The notes below the pieces were generated by a model, which was not told where the DNA came from, searched no databases, and was given only the letters and a program-made list of their open reading frames with translations. DNA of 64,000 nucleotides, taken from assembly GCA_963716175.1 (NCBI GenBank), contig OY970296.1, positions 2,176,001 to 2,240,000 of the forward strand, given 5' to 3'. The position numbers and the translations under genes are program-made. Shown here in pieces: positions 40,271 through 48,554 of the stretch. The DNA is from an uncultured Armatimonadetes bacterium. GTDB taxonomy: Bacteria > Armatimonadota > Hebobacteria > Hebobacterales > Hebobacteraceae. Within the stretch, counting starts at the first letter, position 1; each line of letters opens with the position of its first letter.

Positions 40271-40330
40271 CGCTCTCCTCCTTACAAAGGCGGTCCGCAG
40301 ATTACGCAGATGCCGCAGATGATGCCGATC

Positions 40331-41257
40331 TCAGAACCTGTTCGCGAACACAATCCCAAGTGCCACCAGCCCGGCGCCCGTCAGCAGGCTGAGCGTCAGC
40401 GGCTCGCCAAGCGCGACCGCGCTCAAGCCCACGCCCACAAGCGGCGCGATGAAACCGAAGATCGCCACCCGGCTGGCGGCATGGCGGTTGATGAGCCAGG
40501 TCCAGATGGTGAAGCAGAAGGTGCCAATGATCAGCCCCTGGTAGAGCACCGCCGCGGTCACCTCCGTGTCCGGGCGCGACCTGGCGAGGCCCTCAAGGCC
40601 GAAGCTGTAGGCCAGGAACGCGGCCGCGCACACCACCATTTGCCACAACACCACCCGGTTCGAGTCAACGCGGGCCAGCGCATGCTTGAGAAAGACCACC
40701 TGGCCCGCCAGCAGCACCGCGCTGGAGAGCTGCACCGAATCGCCCAGCAGCTGTGTTCCTTGCCACCTTCCCCAATCACCCGCGAAGATGGCAATGATCC
40801 CCGAAAAGGCAAGCGTCAGCCCCAGCAGCTTCCCCGCGGTGGCGCGCTCTCCAGGTATCAGGAAGTGGGCCAAGGCCACCACGAAGAAGGGATACGTGTG
40901 CAGGAGCACGATGGAGTGCCCGGCCGTCCCCCAGTATACCCCCAGAGTGAAAGTCGCGATCTGCACCGCGAAGAAGAGTGCCGTTCCCGCCAGCCACCAC
41001 CCTTCACTTCGCCGGGGCCAGACTCTCACACCGGTCAGCCAGCACCAAGCCCACACTCCAGCCGCGGCAATGCCAAAGCGCAGCCCGGAAGAGCCGATCG
41101 GGGGCAGTCCTCGCAGCGCGATCTTCAGGGCTGTGGGGTTAGTCCCCCACAAGGCTGTGATCAGTGTCGCCAGCAGGGCCGCGCCTGCACTCAGCCTGCC
41201 TCCGGCTGCCTGCGGCCCAGCCTCTATCGCGCTCTCCTCCGCCAGTACTTCGGTCAT
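40331..41257 (-). CDS. EamA/DMT family transporter
   Basis: LWG..., R motif, PGE, LGE; about 10 TM segments in two EamA repeats. Confidence 0.88.
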   Translation of the reverse strand: MTEVLAEESAIEAGPQAAGGRLSAGAALLATLITALWGTNPTALKIALRGLPPIGSSGLRFGIAAAGVWAWCWLTGVRVWPRRSEGWWLAGTALFFAVQIATFTLGVYWGTAGHSIVLLHTYPFFVVALAHFLIPGERATAGKLLGLTLAFSGIIAIFAGDWGRWQGTQLLGDSVQLSSAVLLAGQVVFLKHALARVDSNRVVLWQMVVCAAAFLAYSFGLEGLARSRPDTEVTAAVLYQGLIIGTFCFTIWTWLINRHAASRVAIFGFIAPLVGVGLSAVALGEPLTLSLLTGAGLVALGIVFANRF

Positions 41258-41496
41258 GCTGCTCCCGGCCGCCGGTGGTCTGTCGCTTCCTGACCCGCTT
41301 CTGGCCTTTCCTCTTGGGGACTCCCAGTCCTTTCGCCATCGAGCCGGCAGGATGGAAGTTAAGGCGAGCCCGACGGAGAGCCCTGATAGGCCGGCGCGGC
41401 CAGCAAGCGGAACCGCCACCTCGAGAGCGCAGGTCACAGGGATGGCCCCTGCGGGAGTGGAATCCTACCAGCATTGTCACCATTGGGAGGAGCGCC

Positions 41497-42612
41497 GTGG
41501 AGGGCCCCCGCCGAGTGCGCCGAGAGGAGGTAGCAGAGCTCTCGGCGCTGCTCTGCAGCATTTTCGGCTTCGACAGCTACCACAACATGACTTGGTCCGC
41601 CAGGTCACTCCTTCGCCCAATCCACCGGCGCGGCGCCAGGGTCATTGCCGAGGACGGCAGGCCCGTATCTCACATTCTCACCACCGTGGACGAGATTTCC
41701 CTCTACGGTTGCCGTCTCAAAGTCGCCAGCATCGGCGCGGTTGGCACTCACCCCGCGTACCGTAACCGCGGCTACGCCAGCCTGATTCTCCAGGAAAGCC
41801 TGCAGGCCGCGACGGCCGCTGGGGCGAGAGTTCTCATCGTCTCCGGCGACCGCGGCCTCTATCGCCGCAACCACTGCGCCCGGGTTGGCGACCTGCTAGC
41901 GGCGCGGGTCAGGCGAGATTCGCTTCGCCAGGCCGACGTGAAGCTCACCGCGCGCCGCGTTGCCGCCGACGACTGGCCTGTCCTGTCCCCTCTCTACTCG
42001 GCCGAACCGGTGCGCTTCATGCGCGGCGCCGACTTCTTCTCCCAGTGCTGCTGCTGGTGGGACTGCACCTCCCCGGAGGTCTGGCGCTTGAGCTCCGAGG
42101 GCAAGCCGGTGGCCTATCTCTGCCTGCTGCCTCCCTGGCGCGAGGAACACCGCCGGGTGCGCACGCTGGGCGAGTACGCGGGCTCCCGGGCCGCGATCGT
42201 AGACGCCCTGCCTATCATCTTCGAGAAGACCAACATCGAGGAGATCAACCTCACCTTCTCAGCCCAGGACGAGGAGTTCATCTATCTGCTGGGTCGTCGC
42301 GGCATGCCTCTGAAGGCCACCACCCTACCCGGGACCCATCGCCTGCTCAACCTGCCGGGGTTAATGCGCGACCTCCGACCCTACCTGGCCGCGCGCCTCC
42401 CGCGGCCGACGCTGCGGCAGCTAAGCTTCGACCAGGATGGCGAGGCCTGTCGCTTTTCCTTGGGCCAGCAGCGAACTGAGATGGATCTGTCGGGCGCGGC
42501 CAAGCTGGTTCTTGGGGCGCCTGATGCCCCGCAGGTCAGCGGCGACCTGGGGGCAGCGCTCTCGGCCCTTTTCCCTATCCCCTTCCCGATGGCCGGCTTC
42601 AACTACGTGTGA
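41497..42612 (+). CDS. GNAT acetyltransferase (Eis-like tandem GNAT)
   Basis: IGAVGTHPAYRNRGYAS acetyl-CoA motif; GGAGGAG before GTG. Confidence 0.8.
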   Translation: MEGPRRVRREEVAELSALLCSIFGFDSYHNMTWSARSLLRPIHRRGARVIAEDGRPVSHILTTVDEISLYGCRLKVASIGAVGTHPAYRNRGYASLILQESLQAATAAGARVLIVSGDRGLYRRNHCARVGDLLAARVRRDSLRQADVKLTARRVAADDWPVLSPLYSAEPVRFMRGADFFSQCCCWWDCTSPEVWRLSSEGKPVAYLCLLPPWREEHRRVRTLGEYAGSRAAIVDALPIIFEKTNIEEINLTFSAQDEEFIYLLGRRGMPLKATTLPGTHRLLNLPGLMRDLRPYLAARLPRPTLRQLSFDQDGEACRFSLGQQRTEMDLSGAAKLVLGAPDAPQVSGDLGAALSALFPIPFPMAGFNYV

Positions 42613-42714
42613 GACCTGCGGCCCAGTTGGACCGCAGCTCGCACAGGGGACACACTTCCTCTGTCGCCAAGAGAGGACAGCATGGCTATGCCAGCGGGTC
42701 CAGGGCGTGGTGAG

Positions 42715-42744
42715 TTGACAGGCGATTGCGAGCTCTGGTAGACT
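42715..42744 (+). promoter_or_regulatory. sigma70-type promoter of the tRNA pair
   Basis: TTGACA-18 nt-(TG)gTAGACT, 14 nt upstream of tRNA-Gln. Confidence 0.7.
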
Positions 42745-42758
42745 CACCCCAGTCGGAC

Positions 42759-42834
42759 TGCGGGGTGGTGCAATTGGCAGCACGCCTGACTCTGGATCAG
42801 GAAGTTCTAGGTTCGAGTCCTAGCCCCGCAGCCA
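42759..42834 (+). tRNA. tRNA-Gln(CTG)
   Basis: TGCGGGG/CCCCGCA acceptor stem, CCTGA-ctCTGga-TCAGG anticodon arm, GGTTCGAGTCC T-arm, encoded CCA. Confidence 0.95.
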
Positions 42835-42851
42835 GACAGGTGATGGATTAC

Positions 42852-42925
42852 GGCCCCGTCGTCTAGCGGCCTAGGATGCATGGTTCTCAGCCATGAGATC
42901 GCGGGTTCGAATCCCGCCGGGGCTA
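42852..42925 (+). tRNA. tRNA-Glu(CTC)
   Basis: GGCCCCG/CGGGGCT acceptor stem, CATGG-ttCTCag-CCATG anticodon arm, GGTTCGAATCC; no encoded CCA. Confidence 0.92.
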
Positions 42926-44586
42926 TTGCCACCCTTGATTTTCTGCTCGGCCATTTGCAGTACGGCCTCCAGGTACCCTCGCAGCACCAGCACCGCCCCA
43001 GGTCGCTTCCGCCCCGGCCGCTCCTCCCCGTGAACCTCGATCTTCCCCACCAATCGCTTCAGCGCGCCCTTCACCTGGTCGACCTGGCCGGCCGCCAGCA
43101 TCCGCGGTAGGTCTGACACCATCCGCCGCACCGTTCCTGGCAGCACGCTCAGCGCGGCTGGCAGGTCGGCGCCTTCCGCTGCAGTGGTCTGCTGGCGCAG
43201 ATAATCGCGTCTCGCCTCCGCGGCCCGCATCTCCTCTTCCAGGTCCTCTACCAGAAGGCCCTTCGCTATCGCCTTCACGAGTTGCTGGATCTCCCCCTCG
43301 ACTCGGGCAAGCTCATCTCGAAGCGCCGTTAGCGATGTCTCGTGTTGGACCTGAGCCGCGCGTGCTTGCTTCCACCGCTGCTGCACCTGCTGAACTAACC
43401 TGTCAAGGAAACCGTCAGTGCAGAACAGATCCTCCAGCTCGTGCAGGATCGCGTGCTCTGCCGCGGCCGCATCCACGGTGACCATGCAGTCGCAGACCAC
43501 CTCGCCCCGGTTCTGCCGAGTGCTGCAGGAGTAGGTGTTCGCCCCGCGCAGCACATAGGTGCCGCCGCACTTGCCGCAGATCAGCAGACCACTCAACAGA
43601 CGCCGATTGCGCCAGTGTGCCGCTGACCGTGACCCCCCTCGCGACCGCTCTTGCTGCCGGGCCTTGGCCGCCTCCCACAGCTCCTGGGGCACGATGCGCA
43701 ACTCCGGCGCCTCCTGGACTACCCACTTCTCCTCGGGCAGGTCTCGCCGCACTTGCGTGGCATCTCGATCCGGGTCTCTCGGCCAGGTGCTGCGGTTCCA
43801 GATCAGCCGACCGACGTACTTCTGGTTGTTGAGGATGCCCAGGCCGTGTTTCGGATTACCGAAGATGGCTCCATGCGACCACGTGCGCCGCACCCCTTGG
43901 CGGTCTCGCCATCTGGCGCCGGGCGGCACTACCCCCTCCGCGTTCAGCAGCGCAGCAATCCGGCGCGTGCTCATCCCGTCAGCATACATGCGGAAGATCC
44001 GCCGGATCACCTCGGCCTCGCCCTCGTGGATGACATAGGCGTGCCCGATCTCCAGGCCGGTCCCGGGTGGGTCGCCAGGTTTGTCTGCGTGCACCGGCCT
44101 CGTGCGATAGCCGTAGGGCGCTCCCCCCGCGTGAAGCCCCGCCAGCACTCTCCCCGCGAGGCCCCGGCGACTGCGGTGGGCGTTCGCCTGGCCTTCGGCC
44201 TCGTTCGTGTAGCTCTTCAGCGCGATGATGGCTTTGGCAGCCTCCGGAGACATGACGGAGTCCATTCCGTCCAGCACCGCGACCAGGCCGATATCCCAGA
44301 ATCGGAGTCGCTCGGTGAGAGAGACCAACTCCGAGGATCGCCGCGCCAATCGGGAGAGCTCATCGACGACGATCACGTCGAACTCGCGTGTCTTCGCAGC
44401 CTTGAGCAGCCGCTGATAGCCGGGGCGTCCCTGGGAGACCATCCCCGGGATCTCGCTGTCCGAGTGGACAGCCACCTCCTGCCAGCCCCGGCGCGCGATC
44501 TCCGCGCGGCACTGGCGCACTTGGTCCTCAATCGAGGACGGCCGCTGGAGGTCGCTGCTATACCTTGCGTAGATTGCCGCTCGCAT
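42871..44586 (-). CDS. large serine recombinase (integrase)
   Basis: AAIYARYSS catalytic Ser, DELSRLAR, PYGY recombinase domain, LLSGLLICGKCG zinc ribbon, coiled coil; the 3' end overlaps tRNA-Glu. Confidence 0.95.
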   Translation of the reverse strand: MRAAIYARYSSDLQRPSSIEDQVRQCRAEIARRGWQEVAVHSDSEIPGMVSQGRPGYQRLLKAAKTREFDVIVVDELSRLARRSSELVSLTERLRFWDIGLVAVLDGMDSVMSPEAAKAIIALKSYTNEAEGQANAHRSRRGLAGRVLAGLHAGGAPYGYRTRPVHADKPGDPPGTGLEIGHAYVIHEGEAEVIRRIFRMYADGMSTRRIAALLNAEGVVPPGARWRDRQGVRRTWSHGAIFGNPKHGLGILNNQKYVGRLIWNRSTWPRDPDRDATQVRRDLPEEKWVVQEAPELRIVPQELWEAAKARQQERSRGGSRSAAHWRNRRLLSGLLICGKCGGTYVLRGANTYSCSTRQNRGEVVCDCMVTVDAAAAEHAILHELEDLFCTDGFLDRLVQQVQQRWKQARAAQVQHETSLTALRDELARVEGEIQQLVKAIAKGLLVEDLEEEMRAAEARRDYLRQQTTAAEGADLPAALSVLPGTVRRMVSDLPRMLAAGQVDQVKGALKRLVGKIEVHGEERPGRKRPGAVLVLRGYLEAVLQMAEQKIKGGNSPGGIRTRDLMAENHAS

Positions 44587-44797
44587 CGTCATCTTCGTTT
44601 GGCTCGGCCGCCGCCTGGCTCAGCAACATGGCCACCACCGCCTCCGCTATGTCCTGGACCAATTGATCCATAACGTCCGCGGGAAGTCCAGCGAGAACCT
44701 CCTCGGGTGGGCGCCTATTCGTGCTGATGTTGCGCGCTTTCACTGGTCTTCCCAAAGGAAAACGCCGAGGAGGCTGCTCCCCGGCGCCTTTCGCCAT
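44558..44797 (-). CDS. small hypothetical protein overlapping the integrase start
   Basis: Helical C-part MDQLVQDIAEAVVAMLL; position typical of small integrase-linked genes; start uncertain. Confidence 0.4.
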   Translation of the reverse strand: MAKGAGEQPPRRFPLGRPVKARNISTNRRPPEEVLAGLPADVMDQLVQDIAEAVVAMLLSQAAAEPNEDDDASGNLRKV

Positions 44798-44898
44798 CAC
44801 ACATTGGTGGCCGCAGGCCGCCCGCGTCATCGCATCATCTCAGGGCTTGCGCTCTGGGCTCACTCCCGCTGAGCGCGTTCCACTGACTGTTTCCTCCG

Positions 44899-45186
44899 TC
44901 ACTCTCGCCTGCTCAGGCCGCCTCGCCCCGCTTTCGCCATTCGTGCCCGCTTCATGTTCTTCACCAACCATCTTCTGGCGGCGGCGTCGATCGTGCCCTT
45001 GACCCCCAGCAGCAGGTGCTCGTCATTCCCGAAGTGGTAATCCATCTCGGGGGTCACGATCATCTGCACCCCGCCCTCCTCGAGCGCGTCGTAGATCTCG
45101 TAGAAGGCGCCTTCCTTCCTGGCGAGTCTGTTTGTGTCGAGCAAATCGCGCACCGCGTCTGCTTCTCGTCGCTTATTTCCCCACAC
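44899..45186 (-). pseudogene. fragment of a second serine-recombinase catalytic domain
   Basis: DTNRLAR...LEEGGV.IVTP..DY...LLLGVKG...KRARMAKA.RG resembles the DRLSR-to-E-helix segment; no YxRxS motif. Confidence 0.55.
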
Positions 45187-45257
45187 TTTCTGGCCCCGGC
45201 CGGTCGGGTGTGCGGGGACCTGCCGACCGGGGCCGAATCTGATCTGGCGCGCCTGGT

Positions 45258-46112
45258 CTAGACCTCGCCTACGGCCTTCGCCAACTCAGACCGAGTGAGC
45301 GTGGTGGTGTAGATGCAACGGATTTCGGTGTTGTCCTCGGGCATTACCTCGCGCCAGAGTTCGCGGTCTCCCTGACTCACCAAGTCCGCCAGCGCGCTTG
45401 CAACGCCTTTGCGGGCCCACTTGCTGTGCCGTTCCTCTGCTGCCAGGAACCCGCCCTCAACCATATCATCGAGGAGCTCGTCCACATCGATATCCCGCAC
45501 CTCATCGAGTAGGGTTTTGCTGATTGACCTTCCTTCAGGGTCCATCCGCCCCGCCAGGATCGCCACCGCTTTGTCGAATGGAACCTTCTCGATTAGCTCC
45601 ACGAATCGAAACACATCACCCCCGGTCTTGCAGGCGGAGCAATACCAGAGGCCGGTCTCGGGGTCAACCTGGAACAGAGAGGGAATGTCCTGCGGACAGA
45701 AGGGGCAGAGGCCGCTCAGGCGTCGCCCGGTCTTGCGCAGCTGGACGTGAGTCGAGATGAGGTCGACGATGTCCGTGCGTTCACGGATCGCCTCCAGGTC
45801 TCGAGCTGAACCGGGTCTGCGATCCGAATCGGCGTCGGTGCAGGGGCAGCTCGAGAGGTGGAGCACTGCCTCCCGCGATCCCACGGCCCGGCCGACTGCC
45901 GCGATAAGGCGCTCCACCCAGGCCTGCGCTGTCTCGACTGTGAGAATGGCCGTGGCGAGCCCACCCCCTTCTATCTCCATCACGACATACACGCCGGCGG
46001 CCTGGTCTGGCGCTCGTGTGTCTCCCGGCCATGGTGAGGCGGGGTCGGCCAGGGGTATGGCCGTCATCCTGATCTCTTCCGTGCGCTCATAGTCCTTCTG
46101 GAACCACGCCAT
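45258..46112 (-). CDS. protein containing a DnaG-type CHC2 zinc finger, no TOPRIM
   Basis: IRERTDIVDLI...LCPFC...WYCSAC..GGDVFRFV...F..AV..LA; AAGGAG RBS. Confidence 0.8.
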   Translation of the reverse strand: MAWFQKDYERTEEIRMTAIPLADPASPWPGDTRAPDQAAGVYVVMEIEGGGLATAILTVETAQAWVERLIAAVGRAVGSREAVLHLSSCPCTDADSDRRPGSARDLEAIRERTDIVDLISTHVQLRKTGRRLSGLCPFCPQDIPSLFQVDPETGLWYCSACKTGGDVFRFVELIEKVPFDKAVAILAGRMDPEGRSISKTLLDEVRDIDVDELLDDMVEGGFLAAEERHSKWARKGVASALADLVSQGDRELWREVMPEDNTEIRCIYTTTLTRSELAKAVGEV

Positions 46113-46113
46113 G

Positions 46114-46401
46114 CTATCGCTCCTTCCCGTAGGGTCGGGGCCGGCAGCCCCGCCGTATGCTCTCCGTTGACCGTTCCCTCCGCCACTCTCGCCTGCTGAG
46201 GCCGCCTCGCTCGGCCTTCACCGGCGATTCGCGACGACGCCGCGCTCGGTTTAGGGCCAGCTGCAGCGTAGGGCCGGGCAGATACCCATTGGTGTGCAAG
46301 TATTCACCCACATAGTTGATGTCATCGTCGGCACACGACCGACCATAGACACCCAGGTTGAGGTCTGATGCCTTACCGCGAACCACGCGTGGTTCGTACA
46401 C
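46114..46401 (-). CDS. hypothetical protein
   Basis: GGGAG before GTG; ends 1 nt before the next ATG. Confidence 0.4.
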   Translation of the reverse strand: MYEPRVVRGKASDLNLGVYGRSCADDDINYVGEYLHTNGYLPGPTLQLALNRARRRRESPVKAERGGLSRREWRRERSTESIRRGCRPRPYGKER

Positions 46402-46537
46402 TGATATTGCTCCCGTCGTGCCTCACGAGGAGGCCGCGTCTGCAGATTGACCGCTCCGCGACAAGGCCGGTTATGAGAAGCGAAGGTCCTTCGTATTGGC
46501 GGCGCCCAGACTACGCTCATCGCCTCTGCCTTCGGGC

Positions 46538-46708
46538 CTATCCCTCGTCGGCCCACCTCTCGCGCTGTAGCCGGTTCACTTCGGTTGCCGGGATCGCGCG
46601 CTGCCGTCCGATCCGCACGAATCGGACTCGACCCGACGCCGACCACCGTCTGATCGTTGCCGGGTGCACACAGAGTCGTTCGGCCGCCTGTTTCGTAGAA
46701 AGCAGCAT
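46538..46708 (-). CDS. excisionase-like MerR/HTH_17 DNA-binding protein
   Basis: MLLSTKQAAERLCVHPATIRRW...G....RIG.QR.I. Confidence 0.8.
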   Translation of the reverse strand: MLLSTKQAAERLCVHPATIRRWSASGRVRFVRIGRQRAIPATEVNRLQRERWADEG

Positions 46709-46854
46709 CCTACGCCCTTTCTCGGTGCTTGCGTGTAACCGTGCACTGGTTATAGAATTGGGGCGCAAAGCGCGTGTGCGCTTGCGCGCATCAGACATCG
46801 GTCAAGTACCTCGGCGGCAGCGGCGTACCAGTGCCAGATTTCATAAGCACGAAA

Positions 46855-47793
46855 ATGACACCCCTTCCCGCAGCAAGGAAGCCTGACGCGTATCGTAAGG
46901 TGCGGCAGAGCTATGAACGCAGGTACGGTGTGCGCTTCAGCGACGAGCAGTGGCTTGTAGTCGTCGACGAAGCGATGTCCATGTCGGGCCCGTCCACCAG
47001 ATCAGACGCTTATCTGCTACGCCTTCACCAGACGGCTGATTCGTACGCGAAGTTCCTGAGCCTCGGGACCCGCAAAGCGAAGGGCCGTCGCAAGCGGAAA
47101 ACCGTGAAAGGGAAGAAGCGAGGCCCGTATGCTCGACCGCTGCTCGAACGCATCGACTTGGTGCTGCACGTGAACGGGTGCAGGAGTATGGCCAGGCAAC
47201 TGGGGATTCGATGGCTCTGGCGGGACTTCGCAGAGGCACACTGGAAACAGACAGGTAAAGAGGAGAGCCCCGGCGTGCTGAGACGTCGCCACCAATCTGC
47301 GAAGAAGCGGCTCTACACCGCCGTGCCTGTCAACCTACGCTGGCTGCTATGGCCCGAGCACAGGGCCGAGTTGCTGAGACTCCTGGGCGTGCGCAACCTC
47401 AAGGCCTTGGCTGAAGAGCAGGAGAGGCCGACCGAGTGGGTGCGTGGACTTGAGGCGCGGCTTGCTGCGGACCAGGCCCATGTGAAATCAGTTCCTGCTG
47501 CGCGGCGCGAGCGTACCCGTACCCTACTCGAGAAACAGCACGCGCGGGCCATTGCTTTCACCAAGGCCCAGGGTCTCAAGCCCTACCATCTGCCAACTGC
47601 GTGGGAGCCGAAACTCAAGGCTCAGCACGACGCCGACCTTGTTTACCTGAGATCCCTGCCGCCCGTCGACCCCAAGCAGAGGAAGGCAGACCGCCAGGCT
47701 CGGACTGCCAGAGCCGCTGCCGCCCGCAAGCGCTTGAAGAAGCAGCTGTGCGAAGAAGACCTCGCCTATCTGAGATCCATCTCTCGAGAGTAG
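46855..47793 (+). CDS. basic hypothetical protein, divergent from the Xis-like gene
   Basis: 312-aa open frame, K/R-rich, repeated DL(V/A)YLRS motif. Confidence 0.55.
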   Translation: MTPLPAARKPDAYRKVRQSYERRYGVRFSDEQWLVVVDEAMSMSGPSTRSDAYLLRLHQTADSYAKFLSLGTRKAKGRRKRKTVKGKKRGPYARPLLERIDLVLHVNGCRSMARQLGIRWLWRDFAEAHWKQTGKEESPGVLRRRHQSAKKRLYTAVPVNLRWLLWPEHRAELLRLLGVRNLKALAEEQERPTEWVRGLEARLAADQAHVKSVPAARRERTRTLLEKQHARAIAFTKAQGLKPYHLPTAWEPKLKAQHDADLVYLRSLPPVDPKQRKADRQARTARAAAARKRLKKQLCEEDLAYLRSISRE

Positions 47794-48117
47794 ATCGCCC
47801 TACGGCGCAGGGTCTACTTGGCCGAGCGAGCCACCTCCCGATTGCGCCCGCCCGGCTGGCTGGAAGTCTTGCCGAACCCCGTGGATCACCCTTCCATCTT
47901 CCTCCCGAATGGCCGCGCGAGCACCAAGCTCTCGTTCTGCTGTACCATCAGCGGTTCGATAGCCACCACACCTTGCACAAGCCAGCGGGCGGTGGATCAG
48001 TTTGACGAGGAGGCCACCGCGTGGTAATCTTCCGCTGGCGAGGGGGGATGGCTAAGGTGGGGTGTCTAGGGGTGAACAGAGATACCCACGCCTCTCGACA
48101 AGCTCACCGTCGGTCAT

Positions 48118-48552
48118 GTGGGGCAGTTCATCGCAGCCGAGAAGACTGCTGACCTCGCTTCTGCGATCCGTCGGGGACGCGGAGGCAGGTGGTGTCCACG
48201 CGTTCCGATACTTGGCGCGAGAGTTGCTCAGTACCGCGCGGAGTTACTCCTTGTTCTTGATCCCGGCGATGTCTGCGAGAGTTCATGCAGGATTGTGTTC
48301 GCGGGAACTATAGAACGTGTTCGGGCTGTGAATTGGAAGGAAAGCTATCCCAGTGCTCTTGACCCCTCGGTATTCTGCTCCGGCTGGCATGAGCATAGGT
48401 GGGACCCGGTCAATCGCGACCGGAATCATTATCCCGTTCCCGATCTCCAGGAGCCCAGGTCTTTCCGTGAGGTTTTGCAGTGGGCACAACTACAATGGGG
48501 CCTCGAGATCAGCGGGTTATACTTGATACCCCAGTCACTTATGAAAGGCTGA
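48118..48552 (+). CDS. hypothetical protein (DUF6978-like partner of DUF1828)
   Basis: LT..V.QFIAAEK near the N-terminus, WHEHRW, stop 2 nt before the next ATG; true start probably slightly upstream. Confidence 0.5.
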   Translation: MGQFIAAEKTADLASAIRRGRGGRWCPRVPILGARVAQYRAELLLVLDPGDVCESSCRIVFAGTIERVRAVNWKESYPSALDPSVFCSGWHEHRWDPVNRDRNHYPVPDLQEPRSFREVLQWAQLQWGLEISGLYLIPQSLMKG

Positions 48553-48554
48553 AA

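Noticed and set aside
44884-46222. Diversity-generating retroelement TR/VR pair
   Set aside because: Only half of the 8 mismatches are at adenines of one copy, the repeat is short, and no reverse transcriptase is present.
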